A DNA stretch of 64,000 bases from Octopus sinensis (GCF_006345805.1 NC_043002.1:58652001-58716000); one strand, 5' to 3'. Counted from the first letter of the stretch, positions 25,991 through 41,989 are shown. Notes: generated from the letters alone by a model not told the origin. Translations and numbers: made by a program.

Positions 25991-27566
25991 TTTATTCTAT
26001 GGCTATTTTAAATCGCAACGATGTTGTATACGTCTAAATTTCTTGGTTAATATTTCATTAAATATTAACAAACTATTTGTGACCTATCTCTGTATAATTA
26101 TTAACGTAATCCTCATAAAAATTGTTTATTTATTTAAGGAATAAATTATACCGACACAAATATTAGTATAGAAATCTGTTTAATGTAATAATCTCTTCCT
26201 TGCAATATGTATTTAGAAAATATTTTATTTCCTTGAGTTTTCATTGATCTTCGTAATCCTCACTCTGTAATTTCGAGTTAACCTTATTTCTCGTTTGAGT
26301 TGGAATTATGTACAGCTCAAAGAGAGGGAGTGGGACAGAGAGAGAGATGGGGGGAGAATAGTTGTCACTGTATGGGTGTAAGGTGTTACGCCCACTATCA
26401 CCCCGTTTTACTCTCTCTCTCTGACACTACAAACCTACCTATCTACCTACGTATCTATTTGTCTGTCTGCCTATCTATCTATCGATCGATCTATACATCC
26501 GTCAGTCGTCCATCCATCTCTCCCTCTTTCATAAATATGTATGTATGTATGTATATCACTCATTCTCTGTCTCTTTTTACTTTTTCATATACATGGTTAA
26601 ACAATGAACCAATTTCTGTATCTATCCAGTCAGGTATGTATCTATCTATCTATCTGTGTCTATCAGCACACAATCTCAGGTCACTTGCTATGCAAGTACA
26701 CTCCGTAATGTGCGTGTGTGTGTGTTACGTATATATTTATATGTAACATTCCTTCAGCATGACAGTATCAATGAACAAAAAGAAAGTGGCATAGAGTTTT
26801 ATACCACCATCATCATGATTTAATGTCCATATTCCATGCAGGCATGGGTAGGATAATTTGATAGGATCCAGTGGGTCCAAAGACTGCATTGTTCTCCCTT
26901 GTCTACTTTAGCATAAATTCTACAGCTGGAAGCCTTTCCTAATGCCAACCACTTTACAGCATGTACTGGGTACTTTTTTTCATGGCACTTGTACTAATGA
27001 AGTTGCCATGCAGCTCACAAGACTATGATCCCCGAATAAGGTATCTATATACTAGGAGAAAAGAGGTTAAAGCACTAGTGTAGCTGGGGTGGGGGTAGTA
27101 GGGGCGGTCTTCCCCAGGACGGCACTTTTGGGTCTGCTGTAGGCAGTATGTGATTTTGGTGGGGTTCGGGTGGGGAGGAAGCAAACGGAAGGGCCGCCCC
27201 AGATGGCACACACTTTAGCTACGCTACGTATGAGAGAAGGGTCCAGAGCAGAACAGGTTTGTTGCTGTAGGGAGCTAACTATATGACTACTCATTCTAGA
27301 AGATGGTGAGCAATGATTGGGATGGAACTGAGAAGAGATAGAAATGATGAGGTATCATATCAAGATATGAGGTGAGTAAAAGACACAAGATATTCAATTA
27401 TAACAGGTGAGGCACAGAATTGGTTGTGTGGCAAGAAGCTTGCTTTCCAATCACATGGCTCTGGTTTCAGTCCCACTCCATGGCACCTTGGCCAAGAGTC
27501 TTCTATAGCCTTAGGCTGACGAAAGCCCTGTGAGTAAATTTGGTAGATGCAAACTGAAAGAAGCCC

Positions 27567-27625
<59 letters not shown>

Positions 27626-30600
27626 ATGTGTAATATATATAATATACGTTTGTGTGTGTGTCCTCCACAGTTGCTTGGCAACCGATGTTGGTGTGTTTAT
27701 GTCCCCGTAACTTAGCAGTTAGGCAAAGAGACTGATAGAATAAGTACTAGGCTTACAAAGAATAAGTCCTCAGTCAATTTGTTCGACTAAAGGCAGTGCT
27801 CCAGCATGGCCGAAGTCAAATGACTAAAACAAATAAAAGACTAAGTCTGAGGTTACAATTTTCAGTTTAATAAATAAAAACGTAGTCTGTATGCAATTAG
27901 AGATAACAAACTACTAATTGCAATATTTGCCATCAAAATATATTATGTAACAAATCAAATGGATTAGATTTATTGTTCATTAACTCTAGAGAAAGGCTGG
28001 CTATTGGTGCAGTCGTGGCTGTGTGGTTAAGAAGCTTACTTCCAAACCGTGTGGTCTTGGGTTCAGTCCCCCTGTGCAGCTTCTTGGGCAAGCGTGCTAC
28101 TATAGCCTGGGCTACCCAAAGCCAAAATTCAAGCCAGTGTCCCAGCGTGGCTGCAGTCTGTTTGAAAACAGTAAACTATATATACATCTGCCAAGGAATT
28201 CTATAACCATGTTTAACTTTGAAAGGAGATCACTTTCAATAATTAAGTTAACAGTAATAAAGTAAATACTAATTAAGCTAATAGAATGAATATTAAAAAT
28301 CTAATAAGAAATATCTGACGAGGGAAAGATCGGCATCTTGGCAAATATTTTATTAAAATTACAGGGCGCTAAACGAAAATGCAAACCACTTCAGGTGTTG
28401 TCTCCCTTGCACAGCTTTTTCATTGAATTGCATTGAGATTTTGAAATATTTCAGAAATTAGACCCAGGGAACTCAGACCTAACAACAGAAATGATTCTTT
28501 TTATCCTACTTGTTTCAGTCATTTGACTGCGGCTATGCTGGAGCACCGCCTTTTTAGTCGAAGAAATCGACCTCAGACTTATTACTTACTCTTTCGGTTC
28601 CTTTTGCCAGACTGCTAAGTCACAGGGGGATGTAAACACAGCAACATTGGCTGTCAAGCGATGATGGGCGGGTGTATAAACACAGACACACAAGTACATA
28701 CATAAACGACGGGCTTCTTTCAGTTTCTGTCTACCAAATCTACTCAAGGTTTTAATCAGCCCAAGGCTATAGAAAACACTTGCTCAAGGTGCCATGCAGT
28801 GGGACCAACCCGGAACCAAGCTTCTTGGCCCCACATCCACGCCTCATATTTATTACTACTTTTTAGTTCACGTAACAAATGTATGACGTAAGTTTTATGG
28901 TGGTACATCTTGCATGTACTTACTGCAAATATTTGAAATTCCTGTATAACAATACCAATGTTATTGACTGAGTGAAGGCATGTAGTTAGGGTATTTTACT
29001 CAAAACTAAAGTTATGAGTTCGATTCCCAGCAGCATGTGTTTTTGAGCAAGACACTATTTCAATTTGCTCCAGTCTCTCAACTGGTAGTAAGGAGTTGTA
29101 TTTGAAATTCAAAGGGCTAGCCTTGTCATATTGAATCTTCCCAAGAACTATGTTAAGGGTGCTCAGCCACTTGCTCATTAATTTCATGAGCAGGCTGTTG
29201 TGTTGATTGGATTAACTGGAACCGTCATTATCGTGACCAACCTAGCTACTAGTTATTGATTGCTTTATTTCATCTCAATCAGTTTGTTATTAAATCATAA
29301 TTTTTAAATCAAACCTCTTTACAGTTTCCTCTTCAGTGAATTTTTATCTGTTTGATATTGATTAAATGCAAATTACATTAGATTGACAGTTTATAGCATT
29401 TGTCCTTTCCATATTGTGGATCTCTATCAACTATCCTACTGGATAGTTCAATACCTTAAATAAAACAAATGCATGTGGCACGTAAAAGCACCCACTACAC
29501 TGAGTGGTTGGCGTTAGGAAGGGCATCCAGCTGTAGAAACTCTGCCAGATCAGATTGGAGTCTGGTTTGCCAGACCTCAGTCAAATCGTCCAACCCATGC
29601 TAGCATGGAAAGCAAACGTTAAATGATGATCCCAAACTACTTCCATGCAATAATAGCTAATATAAATGTAGCTTGGTTGTTAAATTTCTCTGGTCATGCT
29701 TTACATAGTATAGAGAAAGCAAGAAAAATATAGAAAGACTTAAGTGCAGGATGAGTACACATACTAGGCTTAGCAGCAGGCAATGGATGCTGCACACACA
29801 ATGAGAAAGTCTGGGTGTATAGAGTGAGAGTGAATACATATATACCCTCTTTCTTGTTATAAACATCTGCTTACATTTTCTGTATTATAATTCTATTTCA
29901 TACAGAAAATTTCCTTCTGGCTAAATTTCAAAGTAATGAAAACACTTATGAATTTTTTTTTATATAGAAAGAAATGGAAAGTAAAAGGCATCCTGAATAA
30001 AACTATATCCAATCAGCAAATGCATGGAAAAGTGGACATTAAAACAATGAATTTTGTAGAAAAGTTCTTGCCCTTTACAGGTTTCCTCTTATTAATGAAT
30101 GGCTTTATAAAATTAGATTAAGGTTTTAAATATTTTAGGCAAAATAAGATTTAAGCACTCAGATTACTCAGTCAAATGTAATGCTTATTCACTTACATTG
30201 TTTTAAATTAATGATATTAATCTTGTAGCTTCAAGATTAATGCAGGTTTATTTTTAGGTCGACATTGTTGGGTAGTTGTGAGAGGCCTGATCTTGCTGGT
30301 TTGAATATAAAACAATAGTTTCACTAAATATGGCTGATTTAAATACTAAAAGATTAAAGAAATGGTATGTTATGTGATCTATTGTACCTGAAGGTTTTCT
30401 TTTAATATGCAAGTCATTGTTTCAAATCCACTGTTCACCCTGCAAATAGAGATCTGTTTTCAGTTGGCAGATATCAGCACAGATCAGTAAACTGTTTGCT
30501 GAAATTATAAACAAGACTATTGGTTCTAGTTAGATTCTTCTGTCTTGGGCCTTCCACCTGAAGAGCCATGTCAAAACTGGTGTCCTAGAATCCCTTGCAC

Positions 30601-31760
30601 AAATCTCAAATGTGTTATAAACAGTCATTGTAATTAGGGAAATGTCCTGGGACAAACAGTGATCAGTGTAGTCATGTTTGAACCCGTCAGAACATTAATA
30701 AACATGCAAGTTATTGTTTCAACTCTTGCTGTTCTCTGTGCAAACAATTTATTACATGTCTGTGTTTTACTAAAAGTGTCAGACTTAAGTTTTATCCTTT
30801 AGTTATTAATATACAAGTAATCCCGAATTTGAAGTAGATTCCCAGTTTAAGAATATATTTGATTAAAGTCTGGTTCAAGTTGTAGGACAGCTGTTAAAAT
30901 CAAAAACAAAGCATCAGTGTGTGGTTAAGAAGTTTGTCTCATTGCACAACACCTTAGGCAAGTGGGTTTTACCATAGTCTTGGGTCAACCAATGCTTTGC
31001 GTGTGAATTTGATAGACAAACTGTAGACCATCACTATATATAGATGTGATTGTAGTTTTGTTCACCACCACTCGACTGGTGTTGGTTTGTTTACATCCTC
31101 AGTTTTTCAGTCTAAGAGATCGATAGAATAGGTGCCAGACATAAAAAGATCCATACTGGGGCCAATTTATTCAGCTGACCCCTCTGAGGCAGTGCTCCAT
31201 GGCCAAGGTTCAATAACTGAGTTAAAAAATAGCCAAGATTCTATTTTTGGAAGTAGTGTGTATGTCATTTGTGATAGGTTCCTTATAGGCCAATGCATTT
31301 GAGTAACAAGGGAATCTTACTCAAGGCAAGAAACATATCTCAAGGGAATTTTTTTTTTGCATTATTTTGTTTTACCCCCCTTTTGCTGTTGTGCAGTAGG
31401 ACTGAACCCAAAGCCACATGGTTGGAAACAAGCTTCGTAACCACACAATATGGTTGCAAAATTAATATTTAACCAATAGGTCCTACCTAGATATAATACT
31501 TTGTCATTAAGTGTAAATAATCAACTAATTTAATTAAACTGTTTCGTTTTGAGTTCTTAAATAACGTTTTTAGCATAAATTGGTTGGATACATTTGGCAA
31601 ACTTGTAACCATTACATTTTAATTATTCAGGGTGCAAGAGAAATTTTTAATACCTAGGTGGGTGGAGTTTTAGTGAAAACTTTCCTTACTCATTAATTTT
31701 TCAGATTATATAAAATTTCAATGAAACAAAAACTGTTGCACATTCAAATTGAATATACAT

Positions 31761-31766
31761 TTTATT
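31761..31766 (-). terminator. polyadenylation signal AATAAA of TUBA-B
   Basis: AATAAA about 125 nt after the stop codon, followed by a GU/U-rich GTTTTTGTTTC downstream element. Confidence 0.7.
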
Positions 31767-31890
31767 AGAACATCTGGATAAATATACAGTTAAAACATAT
31801 GAACAGCAAAAATTAGTCGAACTATACAGTATAATTACAAAATAGTGTTCATAAAATATGTTTTGTTTCGGTTTATAGTTTCTTTTAAAA

Positions 31891-33045
<1,155 letters not shown>

Positions 33046-36000
33046 TTAAGATCTAGTTTAAAAATTAAATTTACACAAAAACATTAACTTTTATAAAAAG
33101 GATATAAGTGTGGTTGTCTGTTTTCCCTTCCATAACACTTGGGGAAATGTCTTCTATTACAGTCTTGGGCTAACCAAAACCTTGAGAGTGGATTTGGTGG
33201 ACAAACTGAAAGAAGCCGGTTGTGTTTGTCTACATGTGTGCATACGCATGTTTGGTATGACATTCCATGAGGTCACATGAAATGACTGAGTCACAGTCAT
33301 ACGAATTGTGTCATTTCCAATATGTCAAGCCACAGGAAAATACCTTATATGGAAAGGATGAGGGTTGGCAGGAGGAAGGGTGCCTGGCTGTAGAAAATCC
33401 GCCTCGAACATAAACCAGTCCATGCCAACATGGAGAAGTGGATGTTAAAAATGAAGTTCTATCGATGCACCTTTTACTAGTTTCAGTCATTGGACTAAGA
33501 CCATGCTGGGGCACTGCTTTAAAGTGTTTAATTGAAATAATCATTACCAGTGTTTATTTCTAAGTCAGGTACACACTATTGGTCTCTTGCCAAGCTGCTA
33601 AGTCATGGGGACAAACAAACCAACACTAGCGAAGGTAGGATCAGCTAGGCGTGTTATGCTTCTGCACAGTGGAACTCCACCCAAAACCATGTGGTTGCTA
33701 AGCAAGCTTCTTAACCACATAACCATGCCTGAACTTAGGATTTCGTAAACTATGTACAATAGAACTTCACAGTACAAGTAATTGGTGTACAACCCCAGAC
33801 TCGTGCAAATTTTTGTGTTTAAGTACAAGTGGAAATCCTCAGTGCAAGCACACAAATCATCCCATCTTTAAGGTAATTCAGTTAATAAAACCAGTTTACA
33901 TATTTATTTTGCATTCTCTCTTATAATTGTCGTTTTACTTGTAACTACACACTTTACATTTTAAAATCCATAAATATTTTTGAGTGGTTTTGGTGGACTG
34001 GAACAGATTAATTATATTTCAGTTAATCTCAATGGGGGGAAAATTGAGTTCTAAAAGTAAATCGTAAGAGCTCGGTCATGGAACAAATGAAACTCATACT
34101 GCAAGGTATTATTGGAAGATTATGTAGTTTAAAATAGTCTTTCCATTCTTCTGAAATTTAAGTAAAAAAAAAAAAAAAAAAAAAAAAAACCCATTTCATT
34201 TCTAGTGACTCTTTTGTCCAAATCCTGTACACTTCAAAAGAAAATCATGAGACTCATACATTGTAAAATTTTAAGTTAGATGCCATTTCAAGAATTATTA
34301 ATGATTCAGTTTTCAAATCCAGAGACTACACAAAGTTTAAATTAGCTGCCAAATTATGTAACACCTAATAAAAAAAAACATTTAAAGAAATCATTTCAAA
34401 AGAAAGGTTAATCTTATTTAAGAATTTTTGTTTGATAACCGCAAGGAAACAGATTCAACCTCAGATAGGTACTCTAGGTAAGATAGTTACCTATCATAGC
34501 CTTGATTTTTTACCAAGGTTTTTGTGAAGGAATTAGGTAGACAAACTGCACATCTTTAGTTCCAACTATCATGGCCAAATTACTGCAGGTGTAGCCAACA
34601 AAAATACTGTGTGCAGCTCTGCCCCAAGCTGCAGACACTCATGTCAGAGAGAATCAGATTTGAAACCTTAAGCCATTTCCTTACAAATTCATGATATAAA
34701 AATCAATTTTTAAAACATTCTAAATCTACTAGTTCTAAATGTCAAAAATTCTTTGGAAGCCCATATTTTTCTAACGGGACAGATGTATAAATGACAATCA
34801 GCTGATAATTGAACTGCTGTATTTACAGAGTAGTCTTCCCCTTCAAATATTCACATGTTTTGTACCAATGGCTCCAGTAAGAGTCATCAGGTGCCACAGT
34901 GGGGATTTAATAACTGCTATGAAGTCACTTCTTGTCTAATTTATAGAGAATTCCAAAACTTAGCGCTGCTGCTAGCAAAGCTAGAATTGTATAGGGTTCA
35001 TTTAAGAGAGAGAAAAGAAAGTAACCCACGTTTTACAGGTTGCCAAAAATTTCAGCAGTAAACGCAGTTTACCGTGATTCACATCCAGGTAAGTGGAGGA
35101 AACGGTAAAAACGTTGGCTACATGAAGCCACTGACCAGCTGACCAACTTCCCTAACACTACACCAATGCCCATATAAAATATGCAGTTCTTCTGCTGCAC
35201 AGTGTAGAAACTGCTGTGCCTTCGCAGTAGCCATTTTATATATGAAGTGTGAATTTAAGTGTCAAGGGTTTTTGTTTTGCAGCCTAATATCAAGAGTAGT
35301 TGGTCATCGCGACGCATTTTAGAGTGAATAAAAAAAAAAGGTTGGGATCAAGTTTTAGCACAAGGTCAGCAACTTCGGGAAGTAGGTAAGTCGATAACAT
35401 CGACCTCAGCGTTCAACTGGTACTTTATTTATCGACCTCGAAAGGATGAAAGGCAATCAGTGTCGGTGAAATTAGAACGTAAAGGCGGACGAAATTGCAC
35501 TAAGCATTTTCCCCTACGAAGCTAATAAAAAAAATTTTAAGAATTGAGGCTCTCCGTGTCAGAAAAGTGATGGGGGGGGGAATGTACTAAGGTTATAATT
35601 TAACCTATAAATAATTTTGCTTACAGAAAAGTATTTTAGTTAATATATTAAAAGTCGCGATCATATTTTAACTTACTTTGTTTAGCTCACCGTTTTGGAA
35701 TATCACCAAGTCTAAAATAGTGACAATGATACCGAAAGGAGGGATGGAGGAGACGACTACTTTGAGAATTGAATCATTCCAAATCTTTAATAACGATAAA
35801 TAATTCTTTATAAAGAGAAATTGTCACGAAGTTTTGTAAGAAACTGAAAAAAATTGCGTAAACATATCTTTAAGGATAAGACGGTTGTGTGTGTAGTCTG
35901 GTATATTAGTACTGTAGTAGTAAATAATACGGCAGTGTATATTATACAGTATGATTAGTGGAAAGATAAAGGCCAACCTGACATTTGAGAAACGATATCC

Positions 36001-36866
36001 ATTGTTTCAAGAAAAGAGACAGTTTTATTACAGGTGGTTTTAGATAATTGCATTACGGCTGACAAATGTACAAGTAATATTTCTGTAGAAAAATAAAGTA
36101 CCGACTTTTATGTTTAAAAAAAAATTGAAGATGCGAGTTGGGGTGGAGGGCTCGAAACCTTCCAGTGTAATTAATTTTATCAATCTGAGATGAAAAGCAG
36201 AACGGACCCCCTCCCCCGATAATATATAATCGATATGCAAGTAGGCTTTCTAAGTGAAAATGTACAGACAGGTTGTTGTCTAGGCTTTCAAATATGCAAG
36301 TTAAAATTCCGACAATGTTGGACATGTCAGAAAAAAAAACAGGGCGAGAATGAATGAATGACATAGGAACCGTCCATTTTCGTAATTTAATTCATTACTT
36401 TGATTTACTCTAATTAGAATTAATCAGCTTAAGAAATTTATAAAAGAACGGAGTTTTCGCTGTTGTATTGAAATGAAAGCTGCACTTGTAGAAAGAACTG
36501 AAAACCAAAAATTAACATAAATTATTCGATTAGTTGCAGGAATTTCTAAAGTGTTACGAAGATAGACTTGTAATATAGTCTTATCGATTGGCAAACATCC
36601 AGCTGTAGTTGATTTGGTAGAATGATACCAATTTAAATATTGATAGAGTTCCATACCAAAACAAAGCTTAATCTGCTGTTTTCCCGAGATTTTTAACTTC
36701 AAAACATTTGAATTGTTCACCTTTTGAGATTACAATTCCGTGAAAACCAAGATACGTTCAGACTAGAAACACAATTAGAACCAATTTATACACAAAGCCA
36801 GCAATTTAGAATTTTTTTTTTTTACGAGAGTGAGGGACAGGAGATAGCTTCAACCCCCATAGACTA

Positions 36867-37208
<342 letters not shown>

Positions 37209-37717
37209 TTACGCTTAAAAAAAATTACGTAGGATTCAAGAGTTTAAAAGGGGTTACATAAATCATGGTATTTATTTACTAGGGCATATTTTATTATTGA
37301 AACTGAGAAGTGATCCTCGTCGGGATTTGAGCTCAGAACATAAATCTAAATACAGCAAAGAATTTTTTGTTTTCTCTCTATATGTCTGCGACAAGCCACT
37401 GCCTCCATCTGCACAATAATTTCTAACAGTTTAAAAAATCTCTTGGGAAATTAGCGCGCAAACATTTTTAACACAGGTACAACACTTACAATTTCCTGAT
37501 GTGGGTTCGATTTTGAAAATGAAACTGAACCATCTTCCACTAGCTTTTTATTTTTAAATTATAGCACTCCCTTTTATTTCTACCTTTAAATTCTAGCGCG
37601 CCCTCTTATTTTTATTTTTAAATTATAAAATTAATCCTTTTCTGTTTAATAATATTGATTTCTTTGAAATAATAGCAGTGGTCTCTGAAATAAAAGTGTT
37701 TTAAGAATCGAACTTAC

Positions 37718-37720
37718 CAT
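37718..37720 (-). CDS. TUBA: alpha-tubulin paralog B, ATG-only coding exon 1
   Basis: Minus strand GAAGAACCATG|GTAAGTT, 563 nt upstream of exon 2. Gives the MREC N-terminus; an ATG-only first coding exon is typical of animal alpha-tubulins. Confidence 0.93.
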
Positions 37721-37879
37721 GGTTCTTCACTTTGAGAAAATCTGAGGCTTTCCAAGTGTTGTGGTGTTATTTACGGCAGCAACAGAGATGCCAAAACAGG
37801 TCTCTCTAGCTTTGCTCACGGAGATGTAATGTACCGTTGTGAGACTGCTGCTGCTATGTAAGCGATATGACCACGGGTA

Positions 37880-38015
37880 CCGTTTCTGAATTGATCCACA
37901 ATATGCGCGACTCTCTCTCTCTTTTATCTACCTGATTAGCTAATTGGGGAAGAAGAGGGAGGAAAAACACCCAGCTCGGTTCCTGATTGGTTGAATAGTG
38001 ATTCGAACGCGCGAT
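37880..38015 (-). promoter_or_regulatory. candidate core/proximal promoter of TUBA-B
   Basis: On minus: TATA-like GATAAAAG (37921-37928), two CCAAT boxes (37943-37947, 37986-37990), a (GA)n run, CGCG motifs, and TCAATT/TCAGAA initiator-like sequence near 37886-37894. Confidence 0.55.
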
Positions 38016-38504
38016 TGTAGAAATTCAGGTGACGCAAGTAAGAAAAGGGAAAAGAGAATGAATGAATGCAAAGGAGAAAGAAAGTGAATTTGTTTCCTCT
38101 CGCAATTTAATATATTAAATCTAAGAACAATTCCATCTCGGGATTTATTAATAAAACTGCATTTATTTGTATTTCTTCATCGCCACCGACACTACCACCA
38201 TCACCAGGGTTGGGGAGAGGGGTGAAAAAGACAAGTGCTACTATGTACAGTAAAACATGGTGGTTGTGGGAGGGGGCGGAACTATTGTCAGAAGAAGAGA
38301 AAAAAGGAAAGAGTAGTAGGAAAGAAACACGTTTGTAGAGGAAAATGAAAGAGAAACTCCAATGTGTGTGAGTTCGATGGAGTAGTTCGCGGCCAACTAC
38401 ATCGTTTTTGCAAGCAGTCATTGAGTGAAGCCGTTAAGAAAATGTTTAAAAAAAAAAAAAACACCTGATTACCTATTGGATATGGTGGAAAGACAACGGA
38501 GGAT

Positions 38505-38556
38505 CAATGTCGATATTGTCATCGTCATCGCCATCATGTCGTCGTTATCATCGTCG

Positions 38557-38587
<31 letters not shown>

Positions 38588-38650
38588 ATCGCCGTCTTCA
38601 TCAACGTCATCGTTGTCACCATCACCGTCGTCGTTGTTGTCGTCACTATA
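38505..38650. repeat. (CAT/CGT)n trinucleotide array
   Basis: Directly visible. Confidence 0.9.
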
Positions 38651-39707
38651 TCCATCTTCATCATCAACACACACACATACATATACACATACTTATACTC
38701 ACACATACACATGCATACACATATACATAGACGTATACGTACACATACGGGTGTGGCTGTGATAAGTAGCTTGCTTCCCAACCATATGGTTTTGGGTTCA
38801 GTCCCACCACATGGCACCTTGGGCAAGTGTCTTCTGCTATAGTCCCAGGCCAACCAAAGCCTTGTGAGTGGATTTGGTAGATGGAAACTGAAAGAAGCTC
38901 ATTGTATATGTAAATATGAGTGTGTGTGTGTGTGTTTGTCCCATCACCACTGCTTGATGACCCTTGTTAGTTTGTTTATGTCCCCATAACTTAACGGTTT
39001 GGCAAAAGAGGCCAATAGAGTAACTACCATGCTTTGAAATAAAAGGAGTCCTAGAGAGTTGATTCATTCAACTAAAATTCCTGAAGGTGGTGCCCCAGCA
39101 TGGCCACAGTCAAACTAACAAAATAAGTAAAAACTAAAAGATACTGAAATGATGGAACCTGATGTGGTCCTTCAGCCTGGAAGAAATAGCAGCATCAAAA
39201 CTGCCTACAGACCCCATCCTACCTGATAGCCTGGAGTTCAAAGGCATGGATTTTCAATGCCCAGAGGTGGAACGGGGTGAGGGGGCGGAATAAAGACACC
39301 TTTGGCATCCCCAACTTAATTAATAGGCATGACACACTAGGGGAAATTTTACAGCCATGTGGGGAGGGGGCATATCACAGCCCTGTCTCTTGCTATATCA
39401 CTGACCATTGGTCTGTGATCACAAATTGAAGCTGGAAATATTGATGCTATTCCAAAATGCCCAGGCAGTCATGTCGATTTGTTAGACGCTCACCCACTTT
39501 TATTTTTGTATTATTTATTTTAATCAAGTCCAGTATTTAATTTATTTTGAAGCTTTTTGCTTATCCTGTTAGTATCTTTCACTAGTTTGCTGACACTGGT
39601 TGTCAAGTAAGATGTGGGGGACAAACATAAAGGCACATACAGACATGTATAGAAATATATGTGTGTGGGGGGGTATATATATATATATATTTATATATAT
39701 ATAATTG

Positions 39708-39758
<51 letters not shown>

Positions 39759-40130
39759 TATATATGTATGTATATCGGAGTAAGCACATAAATGTGAAAC
39801 AAGGTGAAAAAAAGAGTACTCAAATACCAGAGGTAGAGTAATATGCTTTATTTAAAAGCAGCAGAAATATAACAAAATCTGTTACTCAGAGTTTCATGTT
39901 CCTCTTTGTCATTTTCTATATAATTAATGACAGTATGTATTGTGAATTCGCTCTTCGATTTAAGGTTTTTCCTCTGTTTTTTTATAATTTATATTGAATT
40001 CATTTATTTTGTTTATTTTTGTTTATCGCATGCTTAAGACTGTTATTTGAAAGGACCAATGAAACAAATCCATTTTTAAAGGTGTATCCTTCAACTAGTT
40101 TTGATCAAACTGTTATTTCTGTTCTATTTT

Positions 40131-40210
40131 AACAAAACTGTCCGACGAATGAGAACGTGAAACTCTGAGTAACAGATTTTGTTATATTTCTGCTGCTTTT
40201 AAATAAAGTG
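40131..40210 (+). mobile_element. repeat with variant hammerhead motif (CCGACGA core)
   Basis: AACAAAA-CTGT-CCGACGA-ATG(AGAA)CGT-GAAACT(CTG)AGTA-ACAG-A-TTTTGTT. Family members at 39775-39905 (-) and 42211-42370 (+). Confidence 0.6.
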
Positions 40211-40229
40211 TATGTATGTATGTATATAC

Positions 40230-40270
<41 letters not shown>

Positions 40271-40539
40271 TAGATAGACAGATAGATAGATAACTTTCTT
40301 TATTGGCCACACAAGGCTGAACATAGAGGGGACAAATACAAATGTAGAGCGTTTCTTTTCGAAAATGAAAAAGAAAAAGGGGAAAAAATGAGAAATAAAA
40401 GGTAAAATTTCGATCAAAAGGGATCGGGGGGGAAAAAAGATGACCAAAAGGGACCATGTATCACTGAAGAATTTTTTAAATGTAAGAAGCAAGATTAGGT
40501 TTATCCGTGGAAAAGCCTATGGAAAAGACTACAGTAACC

Positions 40540-41230
40540 TCAGGTAGAGAAGGAATAAACACATGAGAACAAAGTGCTCTCCTTCTCAACATCAGCCTCC
40601 AGATAATTTTGGAATTTCTTGCAACTCTTCTGGACGGTTTCTTTGTTTAAGGTGGTGAATGCTGCCATAATCCTTGCTTTCATTTCATTTTTGGTGTTAT
40701 GAGGAGTTTTGTTGGTCTCTTGCTCAACTGCATCCCACACATAACAATCAAGGGCGTTGCAGTCTGGGTAGTTAGGTGGCCAGATCTTAGGGGTGATATG
40801 GTTGCAGAAGTTGTCTGATAGCTATGACTGGATTCTCCTGCTTCTGTGGCATGGTGCAAAGTCCTGTTGCCAGACATAGGGTCTTCCAGCTGCCACCTTC
40901 TTGACTCAGGGCAGCACTACCTGCACCAGGCACTTGATGTAGGCCTCCATGTTGAGTCTGAGGCAGTGTGGGAAGATGAATGGAGGCACAATGTCGCCAT
41001 CACTAGTGATCACTCCAAACACTATGATGTTGACTGGGTGTTGGATTTTTATCACTCTTGGTACATGTCCTCAGATTGCACTATCGTCAGACTGACACCC
41101 AAACACTCTGAAATGTTCATATTGGAGCTTCTGGCACAAATGCCAAACAATACAGCATATCATTGCCAAATTTCTGGCAGAGTGAATTGCATCATGGTGC
41201 TGTTTTTCTTACAGATGGTGCCCAGCTGGC
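40540..41230 (-). mobile_element. maT-family (DD37D) Tc1/mariner transposase remnant
   Basis: KHPVNIIVFGVITSDG...WQQDFAPCHRSRRIQS*LSDNFCNHITPKIWPPNYPDCNALD; 37 residues between the 2nd and 3rd catalytic D; in-frame TAG. Confidence 0.88.
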
Positions 41231-41338
41231 CCTACTATACTGTGTAGTTGACAAAATCAAAAACAAACAATTCACGTGTGCAAAATTAAAAATATAAAAT
41301 GGTGACAATTTACCCATCACTCTGTGTGCATGTATGTA

Positions 41339-41384
<46 letters not shown>

Positions 41385-41989
41385 AATACCACCACACCAC
41401 ACCACCACACCACCATACCACACCACACCACGTTATACCACCCTGCAGACATTAGCACTGACCACTTCCCAGCACCTACATCATCATCCACACACCTACA
41501 CACACACACGTCAATGTCACCAGCCCCCTTCCACACGCACATACATGCTCTCACATACACACGTATGCATACCTTTGTTTTAGGATCACCACTACTTTAT
41601 TATCTCTCCTGTGTGACTCCTCTGTCCAGCATTCACCATGATAGATTGCTAGCCACTAAACCTTTTTCTATTTTCTCTCCTTGTTTATTTCTGTGTTCCT
41701 TTCTGTTGAAGAGTGTAGGCTTGAAATGTAAAAGACTTTCTCACTTCCTGAGCATTAAACTAATACATCTGTTTGTTGTCGACACACCCATCTTTGACTT
41801 TATGTTTTTTTGTAAATTCTCACTATATATATAAATACTTACTGTAAATAAAATTAAGGGTACATAGCACTCCATTAATTAATAAGTTAAAAAAGCCTAT
41901 AATAAATGCACAAACAAATGGAAAACAGATACAGAAGGTCACCAAATCCCTATCAGTTATTGTCCAGAGGGTCAAACAGTTTTGCACCT

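Noticed and set aside
30968-30975. ATG|GTAAAA as TUBA-A exon 1
   Set aside because: Lies inside a decayed S2 SINE; weaker donor and no promoter context.
35080-35095. Consensus plus-strand donor CAG|GTAAGT antisense to TUBA-B intron 2 (similar AAG|GTAAGT near 1995)
   Set aside because: No matching acceptor or ORF; isolated donor matches are expected by chance.
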